40,000 nucleotides of DNA from NCBI GenBank assembly GCA_963775895.1, contig CAVZKL010000011.1, forward strand, positions 67,967-107,966, written 5' to 3'. The notes under the pieces were generated by a model. It was not told the origin of the DNA, ran no database searches, and saw nothing but the letters and a program-made list of their open reading frames with translations. A program made the position numbers and the translations under genes. This stretch comes from Candidatus Bathyarchaeota archaeon. Lineage in GTDB: Archaea; Thermoproteota; Bathyarchaeia; Bathyarchaeales; Bathycorpusculaceae. This document shows positions 18,263 through 25,921 of this stretch, in pieces. Each line of letters begins with the position of its first letter. The first letter of the stretch is position 1.

Positions 18263-18270
18263 ATATATAA
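18263..18270 (-). promoter_or_regulatory. TATA-box-like element upstream of the class III aminotransferase
   Basis: TTATATAT on the minus strand, centred about 26 nt upstream of ATG 18240. Confidence 0.5.
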
Positions 18271-18315
18271 TCACCGAAATTGCGATTTCACGCGCTTGTC
18301 TTGGATTACCAAGCC

Positions 18316-18680
18316 TCAAGTCTTTGGTTTGGGCAGTTTTCCTAGGTGATCAAGCTCTTTGGCTATTTTCTTAAGTCCGAGTTCATTCAGCTTTTTCATC
18401 GTAGGTATTCCTGTTTTAACATCCCATCCTCTGAGGTTGTAGTATTCGTCCAGCATCTGATCTAGGTTGCACACGTGTCCTTTAGAGGGACCTGAAGGCA
18501 TTGGTTCTTTGGTAAAACGGTCTGGTAAGCTGTCATCTTTCTTGGTTATTCCTTCTCTCACGTTGAAGGCCCTTTCGACGTTGACGATGCGTTCTCCTAT
18601 GCGAAGGGCATCCTTGCCCGTTAGTTCGAGGCCTGTAATAGCGTTTAACACTTGGGCTTGGGCTTCTGCCAGACGAGACC
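18316..18680 (-). CDS. aor: Aldehyde:ferredoxin oxidoreductase (tungstopterin AOR family), C-terminal segment of a frame-split gene
   Basis: The frame of ORF 18316..18756 carries LNAITGLELTGKDALRIGERIVNVERAFNVREG...DDSLPDRF...MLDEYYNLRGWD, the canonical AOR C-terminus. Confidence 0.85.
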
Positions 18681-20225
18681 TGTTCTGGTGATGAATTTGC
18701 ATGCTTCTATCGAATCCGTGAAAGCTCGGACTTCTTCGAACCATTTGACCATGCATGCTTTTCCGTCGGTTGCAAATCTGTCCGCGGCCCTTGGAGTTCC
18801 AAACAGCTCTTTTGCCTTCTCCGGAGTTATCGTGTATTCGAACGCTGGTAGGGCCCTCAGGTGATCCGCACCTCTCGATCCTACAGCGTAGCCCAATCCA
18901 AACGCTTGTATTCCTCGAGGATCACACTCTATATGCTCTAATCCCTTCGTGTGCATTGCGTATTTGTCAGCACCCTTTCCTATCTTCAGTGCTGCAGTGC
19001 GGCAGCCCTCGGCCAGGAGGTTACCTATTCCCTCTCTCGTAGCGATTTTTTCTATCATTTCGAGAACAGCGTCAGCATTTCCCCATTCGAGTTTCAGACC
19101 GTTGGTGTCTTTATCGCTTAGAATTCCTTTTTCATAGCATTCCATAGCGAATCCTATTACTGCTCCCGTGGATATCGTGTCAAGGCCGTATCTCTGGAGC
19201 AAGTCTATAGCTTTGAGCCCTATCTCCAGGTTGGCAACGCCTACTCGCGTCGTATAGTTCGTCACCATGCCGTATTCCAACTTTGGAGCACTCAAACCCG
19301 CAAACGGGCCGTCCTGTATCATCCAGAAGCTTCCACAGTGAAGTGAACATGAAAGGCATCCTCTCTTCTTGACTTCGTATGTTTTTGTGTAATACTCTCC
19401 CAGTAACCCTTCAATTGGGTTGAATTGTCCTTCTTGGAAGTTTCTAGTGACTTGTGCCCCAAGATTCAAATCGTAAATCCTCATCAAGGCCATCGAACCT
19501 TGTTCTGAAAAAAGCCTCGAAGTCGGATCAGAGTAGAGTATTTTGATGTCGTCTTTGGTGATTTCCAACAGTTTGTCTGGGTCAGCTACTTTTACTCCTT
19601 TCGTTCCTCGTACGGCGATAGCCTTAAGGTTTTTGGAGCCCATTACAGCGCCCATGCCAGTTCTTCCAGCTCCTCTAAAAGCATCGCTTAAGATGTTACC
19701 CATCTTAACTAGGTTCTCACCGGCCACGCCAATTTCAACTGTGTGTATTTCTGGATCTCCTGTTTCTTCCAATATCGATTTGTGCGTGTCGTAGGTGTCT
19801 TTGCCCCAAAGGTGCTTTGCGTCTCGAATCTCCACATTGTCATCGTCAATCCAAACGTAAACTGGCTCGCTCGCTCGCCCGTAAACTATTATCTGATCGT
19901 ATCCAGCGTATTTGAGCTCTGGTGCCCAGAATCCTCCACAATTTGAGTCACCAAGAATTCCAGTTAATGGCGACTTGGCTGTAACATTAAACCTTCCAGA
20001 GCCCAGAGGCGAGAGAGCACCAGTTGTTGGTCCCGTACCAAACATCAATATATTATCTGGACCCAAAGGATCAATCTTTGGTTTCAGTTTCCTGTACAAT
20101 GTGATGACGTTCCTGCCCCTGCCTCCAAGGTACATTTTGGTGTCTGTTGGATCCAATGGATGAGTTACTGTTTTTCTTCGTGTCAGATCTATTTCAAGAA
20201 TCCTTCCCGCCCATCCGCACAGCAT
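18645..20225 (-). CDS. aor: Aldehyde:ferredoxin oxidoreductase, N-terminal and central segment
   Basis: About 526 aa. MLCGWAGRILEIDLT...YLGGRG N-terminus. ATG 20225 overlaps the ferredoxin stop (TGATG) and follows GAGGTGA. Homology leaves this frame around 18660-18695. Confidence 0.9.
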   Translation of the reverse strand: MLCGWAGRILEIDLTRRKTVTHPLDPTDTKMYLGGRGRNVITLYRKLKPKIDPLGPDNILMFGTGPTTGALSPLGSGRFNVTAKSPLTGILGDSNCGGFWAPELKYAGYDQIIVYGRASEPVYVWIDDDNVEIRDAKHLWGKDTYDTHKSILEETGDPEIHTVEIGVAGENLVKMGNILSDAFRGAGRTGMGAVMGSKNLKAIAVRGTKGVKVADPDKLLEITKDDIKILYSDPTSRLFSEQGSMALMRIYDLNLGAQVTRNFQEGQFNPIEGLLGEYYTKTYEVKKRGCLSCSLHCGSFWMIQDGPFAGLSAPKLEYGMVTNYTTRVGVANLEIGLKAIDLLQRYGLDTISTGAVIGFAMECYEKGILSDKDTNGLKLEWGNADAVLEMIEKIATREGIGNLLAEGCRTAALKIGKGADKYAMHTKGLEHIECDPRGIQAFGLGYAVGSRGADHLRALPAFEYTITPEKAKELFGTPRAADRFATDGKACMVKWFEEVRAFTDSIEACKFITRTGLVWQKPKPKC

Positions 20226-20731
20226 CACTTTTTCACCTCATTCTTAAGCAATTCACGGGATCGCAACAGTGGACCTGCAAATTTGTTCAACATACGCTGT
20301 CGTTTAGTTTTCGCAGCCATATCGGCCTCCACGAAACGAATTGCTTCGGTAACGCAGTATTTCACGCAAGTTGGGTCACCATCGCAAAGATCACATTTGG
20401 TCAACTCACGCCGCTCAAGATCGACGTTGATTGCGCCATAGGGGCATACCATCATGCAGGCATTGCATCCGATGCATACAGATGGCTCCAAGATCATTGC
20501 GCCAGTCTGAGGTTTTCGTTGAAGAGCTCCCACTGGGCAAACAGTTCTGCACGGGGCATTTTCGCAATGTTGACAGATTACTGGCAAGTCCAATCCTTCG
20601 TGAGGCATGGAAAGAACCCTTATGCGCGACTTCTGAGGATTACATTCTCCAGTTTTCTTAAGAGAACAGGCTAATTCACATGTTCGGCAGCCAGTGCAAC
20701 GTTCTGGTTCAACGACGATAACTTTCACCAC
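20225..20731 (-). CDS. 4Fe-4S polyferredoxin-type protein co-transcribed with AOR
   Basis: Motifs CTGCRTCELAC, CQHCENAPCRTVCP, CIGCNACMMVCP, CDLCDGDPTCVKYC. Start placed at GTG 20731, because the longer ORF start (20788) would overlap the moaD promoter. Confidence 0.8.
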   Translation of the reverse strand: MVKVIVVEPERCTGCRTCELACSLKKTGECNPQKSRIRVLSMPHEGLDLPVICQHCENAPCRTVCPVGALQRKPQTGAMILEPSVCIGCNACMMVCPYGAINVDLERRELTKCDLCDGDPTCVKYCVTEAIRFVEADMAAKTKRQRMLNKFAGPLLRSRELLKNEVKK

Positions 20732-20791
20732 AGGCGACACCAGAACCTTAAAATGAATATCGGATTTCTTATAAACATTGTTGATCACTCC

Positions 20792-21070
20792 ATGATAACC
20801 GTAAGACTATATTCAATTTTCAGGGAAGTGGTCGGCAAAGAAGAGTTGACCCTTGATTTGAAGGAAGTGACCGTTAAGGGTCTTCTTGACCTACTATTCA
20901 AAAAATACTCAAAAGAATTTGAGGAAAGGAAATACACTAAGGTGGACGGTTTTCCCTCAAATATCGCAATCTACGTTCAAGGTAAAATGCTAAACTTGAA
21001 TGAAGCTCTAGATGTGCGTTTAAAGGACGGCGACGAGATACACCTTCTCGAGATAGTTTTGGGGGGCTAG
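20792..21070 (+). CDS. moaD: MoaD/ThiS-family ubiquitin-like small protein (SAMP-like) ending in Gly-Gly
   Basis: 92 aa from ATG 20792 (MITVRLYSIFREVVGKEEL). The C-terminus is ...LLEIVLGG followed by the stop. Confidence 0.8.
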   Translation: MITVRLYSIFREVVGKEELTLDLKEVTVKGLLDLLFKKYSKEFEERKYTKVDGFPSNIAIYVQGKMLNLNEALDVRLKDGDEIHLLEIVLGG

Positions 21071-21097
21071 GGAGGATGGCCAAGGCTGACTTTGGCT

Positions 21098-21262
21098 CTA
21101 GCTTGTGTTCATTCGCGCGATGGCTCTTCTTCCGATGAAACTCGATAAACTCTTTTGTTTACATCTTGTGCAAAGTTTTAAGTTTCTTTCAAACCTTTCC
21201 AGGTTTTCTTTGCGGATAAGATCAGTTTTCCCCATCACGTTCAATATTTCTTTGAATTGGGG
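21098..21262 (-). CDS. Possible frame-shifted C-terminal extension of the hydrogenase small subunit (completes a CxxC...CxxC zinc-ribbon)
   Basis: The frame of ORF 21098..21295 reads PQFKEILNVMGK...LKLCTRCKQK. Adding one C to the run at 21259-21262 (G4 on the + strand) joins it after VRCEKCGRIIGQRP. No family evidence for this tail. Confidence 0.35.
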   Translation of the reverse strand, partial: PQFKEILNVMGKTDLIRKENLERFERNLKLCTRCKQKSLSSFIGRRAIARMNTS

Positions 21263-22053
21263 CGCTGACCAATTATGCGTCCACACTTCTCGCATCTCAC
21301 TTCTTTGATCTCAATACTCGTCGCCATGTTTTCTCTTTTACACGTTGACATTTCGAAAACCTTGGTCAGGCGTATCGCACTTTCCGGGCATGCTTCTTCG
21401 CATTTTGCGCAGAACATGCACTTGCCGATGTCTAGCTTCAGCACTTCCTTGCCGTCTTTGTCTGCAATTGTTATTGCTTCGGTAGGACACACAAATGCAC
21501 AGGCGCCACATCCGATGCACTTTGCAGAATCAAGTTCTGGTTTGCCTCTGAATTCTTTGGGAGCGGGGGTGGGATGATACGGTATCTTCTTTATTCCAAG
21601 CAGTTTTTCTGACATTAAGAGTATTCCTTGGAATATTGCCTGCGGCCTCGGGGGGCATCCGGGAACGTAGACATCTACGGGAAAAAGCTTGTCTACGGGT
21701 CCAGAAAAGGAATCACTCTTGCCGAAAACCGCCCTGGATATCGCGCATGTCCCTACCGCTACGACGCCTTTTGGTTCTGGAACTGATTCATATACTCTTA
21801 TCAAGTCATCTGTTATTTTCATAGGGACAGGACCAGTGATCACCAAGATGCTGGCTTCAGCAGGCGAATTCACGAACTTGAACCGGAACCCTTCAACATC
21901 AAAACAGCGTACTGCTGCCGTAAGAGCTTCAATATCGCAAGCGTTGCATGATCCTGCATCGGCACGGAATATGCCAACTTCCTGAAAATGTTTTCTTTGT
22001 GTGGCCACTCCTTTTAATTTAGGTCTCTTCTGATGGTTAGTGCCAATACTCAT
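21241..22053 (-). CDS. [NiFe] hydrogenase group-4-type small subunit (NuoB/HycG-like) fused to a 2x[4Fe-4S] NuoI/HycF-like domain
   Basis: GSCNACDIE, GTCAIS and PGCPPRP (NuoB-type cluster ligands), followed by CIGCGACAFVCP and CMFCAKCEEACP. Confidence 0.85.
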   Translation of the reverse strand: MSIGTNHQKRPKLKGVATQRKHFQEVGIFRADAGSCNACDIEALTAAVRCFDVEGFRFKFVNSPAEASILVITGPVPMKITDDLIRVYESVPEPKGVVAVGTCAISRAVFGKSDSFSGPVDKLFPVDVYVPGCPPRPQAIFQGILLMSEKLLGIKKIPYHPTPAPKEFRGKPELDSAKCIGCGACAFVCPTEAITIADKDGKEVLKLDIGKCMFCAKCEEACPESAIRLTKVFEMSTCKRENMATSIEIKEVRCEKCGRIIGQRPNSKKY

Positions 22054-22071
22054 AGGCGCGTTTCTCCTTCG

Positions 22072-23661
22072 CTAGCCAATCAAGCGCCCCTTTTTCACTA
22101 CCTTACCATTTTCAATGATCGCCATGCGATCAGTACAGCTGAAGCATGGGTCAATGCTTGCTATGATTGTATTGAGAATTACGGGTTCAGTAGTGGACTC
22201 ATCCATTAACATCGGTTTCAATGCAACGAGATTTGCCAGGGTTGGTGTCCGTATCTTAACCCGCTCAGGATACAGAGAGCCGTTAGACCTAACATAATAC
22301 ATGTTCTCTCCCCTGGGAGCTTCGCCTCTTCCTACTGCCTCACCTTTTGGTATTTCCAATACGGGCACGGCAATGGGTCCTCTTGGTATGTTGCCTAACA
22401 GATTCCTGATGATCCTGGACGATTCAAGAATCTCATCAATTCGTACCATCAGCCTTGCCTTCACGTCGCCTTCGCTTCTGGTCACGACATTAAAGTCTAT
22501 CTCAGGGTAGGCAGCATAAGGATCTAGTTTTCTTATATCCAGTGATAATCCAGAAGCGCGAGCGTTCGGCCCGACTACATCCAATTTCTTCGCTTCTTCT
22601 CGTGTAAGAACGCCTTTTCCCTCTATTATCTTTGCGATCGAAGGTTTTTTCTGAAATGCGTCTTCGATCTTCTGCATATCTGAGTCTATGTTATCCAGAG
22701 CGCTGGTTATCATGGCGGCTTTTTTCTCATTGATATCCCGTCGCACTCCTCCTAATTCGAGTATCCCGTAATGAACACGGTTGCCCGTCACTGTTTCAAA
22801 GATGTCCATAACTCTTTCCCGTTCTGAAAAGATCCGCGCGAAAAGATCTTCAGCCCCTGTTTTCTCAGCTTCTAGCCCCAAGTATAGCATGTGACTGTGG
22901 ATTCTTTCCAGCTCAGAGATGATTGTTCTAATGTATCTAGCTCTGTCCGGGGTTTTCACCTTCGTGATGTCCTCCACAGCTTGCGTGAAACACAATGGAT
23001 GAATGTTCGAGCAAATTCCGCAGACTCTTTCCACGATGGCAACTGCCTGGTGAAATGTTCTGGATTCAACTAACTTTTCTATCCCTCTAGTAATATAGCC
23101 TATGTTTATGCGGACATCAACTATCTTGGTGCCGTCTGCAATTATCTCCAATTGTTCTGGCTCGTCAAGCCACGGATGAAAGGGACCTATTATGACTCTT
23201 GAACTGGATGAAACTGCGCCACGCGCCCGAACACTCTCGAGCGGATACTCTGCCTTCGGCGGTTTTTTTGACGCGACACTCATTCGAGGGTTAGCACGAC
23301 GATCTCTGAACTTGATTCCAAACAAATCCGTTACTTCTCTTTCGTAAAGATAAGCGGACGGAATTATGTCTGCAATGGTTTCAAGCTCCAGAGTATCTCT
23401 GGGAATTGAGGTCTGAACATTTGTGAGAATTCCGGCGATGTCGAAATGATAGATTACTTGGAATCCAAGAGGAGCATCTACCCCAGTTACGGCGACAAGA
23501 CGAGCCTGAAACTTTTCTCTCAAGAATTCCGCAGCAATTTTGTATCCTTTTTCGTTAACCTTTATGAATACGCGCCTTTTTCTTGGAATTACATGGCTCA
23601 TTAGACGCTTTCCCAATCTTTTCCTTAGATCTACCAGAATCGTGTCCTCGTCAACTTTCAT
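22072..23661 (-). CDS. [NiFe] hydrogenase group-4-type large subunit with a fused N-terminal NuoC-like domain (HycE-like architecture)
   Basis: 529 aa. NiFe-ligand motifs RVCGICSNIH (L1) and DPCFSCTDR (L2), with 17 residues after L2. The N-terminal ~130 aa are NuoC-like. Confidence 0.85.
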   Translation of the reverse strand: MKVDEDTILVDLRKRLGKRLMSHVIPRKRRVFIKVNEKGYKIAAEFLREKFQARLVAVTGVDAPLGFQVIYHFDIAGILTNVQTSIPRDTLELETIADIIPSAYLYEREVTDLFGIKFRDRRANPRMSVASKKPPKAEYPLESVRARGAVSSSSRVIIGPFHPWLDEPEQLEIIADGTKIVDVRINIGYITRGIEKLVESRTFHQAVAIVERVCGICSNIHPLCFTQAVEDITKVKTPDRARYIRTIISELERIHSHMLYLGLEAEKTGAEDLFARIFSERERVMDIFETVTGNRVHYGILELGGVRRDINEKKAAMITSALDNIDSDMQKIEDAFQKKPSIAKIIEGKGVLTREEAKKLDVVGPNARASGLSLDIRKLDPYAAYPEIDFNVVTRSEGDVKARLMVRIDEILESSRIIRNLLGNIPRGPIAVPVLEIPKGEAVGRGEAPRGENMYYVRSNGSLYPERVKIRTPTLANLVALKPMLMDESTTEPVILNTIIASIDPCFSCTDRMAIIENGKVVKKGRLIG

Positions 23662-23910
23662 TCTTTCATCTTCATAGAAGAGCGCGCAAGTCTACTGACT
23701 GGGAAAGAAGCTAATAAACTTGAAGCCTTGAAAGTCGATACTTTGACCAATGCGGCGTGGTGAAATTTCCTCTAAAGTCATCATGCCCTTGCGGATTACC
23801 GCTCGTGCTTGTTGGACAGGGTATAATTCCTGAAATCAACTGAACACAAAGCGCGTTCTCACGTGAAGTTATATTGTTCGGCGACCTAGCGGACAATTTT
23901 CATATTAATG

Positions 23911-24774
23911 TCAAAAACAGCTTTTGACGAGGCTGATAACGTCAGCTGGTCTTGCAGCTATTTTGACTCCTGCACGCCTCAAAATATCGGTCTTACTTTG
24001 AACCGTGCCCCTTTCACGCAAAATTATTGCACCTGCGTGGCCCATTCTCTCTCCCGCGGGAGCTACTCGACCTGCTACGTAAGCGACGACTGGCTTCGTC
24101 ATCTTACGGATGAATCCCGCAGCCTCCTCTTCCTGTACTCCACCAATCTCGCCTACGACGACTACGAGTTTTGTTTGTTGGTCTTCTTCGAACAGTTTCA
24201 ATATGACCGTCAAATCAATCCCGACCACTGGGTCAGCGCCTATTCCCAAGCAGGTGCTCTGTCCGATGCCAGACGCCGAGAGATTACCTGCGATCTCATA
24301 CGACAAAGTCCCGCTTCTAGAGACTATTCCAACGTTGCCTTCGGTGAAGACACTTGCTGGCATAATGCCGATCTTTGTTTTTCCGGGACTTATTACCCCT
24401 GGAGTTGTTGGGCCTATGACTTTTGTTCCCATAGATTGTGCGTATTCTCGGATGTAAATCGTGTCGTGAACTGGAACGTGTTCGGTTATTATCACGATAA
24501 GCTTTATGCCAGACGATATTGCTTCAATGGCAGCATCTTTTGTTCCCCAAGCGGGAACGAATATGATCGAGGCATCAGCGGCGCGTTCCGAAACTGCCTG
24601 ACTCACGGTGTCATAGACCGGTACATCGTAGACCTTTGTGCCTCCCTTTCCAGGAGTTGTACCTGCAACTATCTTAGATCCGTAGTCGAGCATGAGTTTC
24701 GTTTGGATGTTTCCCACTCTGCCCGTTATCCCTTGAACTATGATGCGAGTTTCTTTATCTGCAAGAATGCACAT
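23911..24774 (-). CDS. sucD: Succinyl-CoA synthetase-type ligase alpha subunit (SucD / malate-CoA ligase-like)
   Basis: 287 aa. IVQGITGRVG and the phosphohistidine loop RMGHAGAI. Confidence 0.85.
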   Translation of the reverse strand: MCILADKETRIIVQGITGRVGNIQTKLMLDYGSKIVAGTTPGKGGTKVYDVPVYDTVSQAVSERAADASIIFVPAWGTKDAAIEAISSGIKLIVIITEHVPVHDTIYIREYAQSMGTKVIGPTTPGVISPGKTKIGIMPASVFTEGNVGIVSRSGTLSYEIAGNLSASGIGQSTCLGIGADPVVGIDLTVILKLFEEDQQTKLVVVVGEIGGVQEEEAAGFIRKMTKPVVAYVAGRVAPAGERMGHAGAIILRERGTVQSKTDILRRAGVKIAARPADVISLVKSCF

Positions 24775-24777
24775 GGA

Positions 24778-25917
24778 TTATTCACCAAGCAAGCTCTTCA
24801 ATTTCTCAACTGCGACCTCGGTCTGAATCTCTTTGACAACAGGTATTCCGGCCCTTTCAAGCAAACTGCATGCTTCTTCTTGCTGGTTGCCAATTAGCTT
24901 CACAAGAATCGGTATGCTCGGTCTGAGCTTGTCATAGGCTCTAACAATTCCTCTAGCGGCTTCAGGCATGGGGTTTATTCCTCCGTAGAGGTTGATTATA
25001 AGCGCTTTCAGACGCTTGTCTCCAAGGACCACTTCAACCGCTCCTTCCATCAGTTCTGCAGTTATTCCCCCACCGGTTTCAAGAAAATTCGCAGGTTCCA
25101 TTCCAAAGTCTTTTATGAGATCAATGGTGGTCATGGTCAATCCCGCCCCGGACCCAATAACTCCAATATTTCCATCCAATCTCACGTAGGTGAGACCTCG
25201 CTTGTTTGCTTCTCTTTTTACTTTGTCCTTCACTCTTTCATTCAAGTGAATGCTGATTTCTTGATGTCGGAATAAGGAGTTATCGTCGATTTCTAACACA
25301 GCACCAACGGCGAAGACGTCACCTTCTCTCGTAGTCACAAGTGGATTTATCTCAGCTATAATGGCGTCGTATCGACTGAATACCCCGTACAGTTGGTATA
25401 GAACATTGCTTACTTTGAGAAGAAGGGCCCCGCTAAGATTTGATTGTCTACAGATGTCTGTAGCTTCAAATCTGAACAGCCCACGCCTCAGATCCACATT
25501 TCTAGAAATTAGCAGTTCCGGTCTATCCTTCGACAGAGTTTCTACATCTACACCACCTTCTGTCGAAAACATGACAACAGGTTGTCCTGAGAGTTGATCG
25601 ATTGTCACTGCCAAGTAATACTCTTTTTGAACTTCCAGCTTCTTTTCAACAAGAACTCTCTTGACGTTTTCTCCCCTGATTTTTCCATCCATCAGGCCTT
25701 CAGTTTGTTTCATGGCATCTGTCAAGTTATTAGCGAATTTTATGCCTCCAGCCTTTCCTCTCCCACCCACCAACACTTGCGCTTTTATTGCGACAGGAAA
25801 GCCGAATTTTCTCACAGCGGACTCAACTTTCTTCGAAGAATTTGCAACTATTCCAAGGGGCACCGGAATGTCGAAGGTCTTGAAAATCCTTTTTGCTTCG
25901 TATTCGAAAAGCCTCAC
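24778..25917 (-). CDS. sucC: Succinyl-CoA synthetase-type ligase beta subunit (SucC-like, ATP-grasp)
   Basis: 379 aa. GTG start MRLFEYEAKRIF, VAIKAQVLVGGRGKAGGIKF, NLYGGI. Confidence 0.85.
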   Translation of the reverse strand: MRLFEYEAKRIFKTFDIPVPLGIVANSSKKVESAVRKFGFPVAIKAQVLVGGRGKAGGIKFANNLTDAMKQTEGLMDGKIRGENVKRVLVEKKLEVQKEYYLAVTIDQLSGQPVVMFSTEGGVDVETLSKDRPELLISRNVDLRRGLFRFEATDICRQSNLSGALLLKVSNVLYQLYGVFSRYDAIIAEINPLVTTREGDVFAVGAVLEIDDNSLFRHQEISIHLNERVKDKVKREANKRGLTYVRLDGNIGVIGSGAGLTMTTIDLIKDFGMEPANFLETGGGITAELMEGAVEVVLGDKRLKALIINLYGGINPMPEAARGIVRAYDKLRPSIPILVKLIGNQQEEACSLLERAGIPVVKEIQTEVAVEKLKSLLGE

Positions 25918-25921
25918 GTTG

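Noticed and set aside
23908-24897. 329-aa plus-strand ORF covering the whole sucD-like gene in antisense
   Set aside because: Its composition is Cys/Tyr/Ser/Phe-rich and low-complexity, and it has no recognisable motifs. It exactly shadows a strongly supported minus-strand gene, so it is an antisense shadow ORF.
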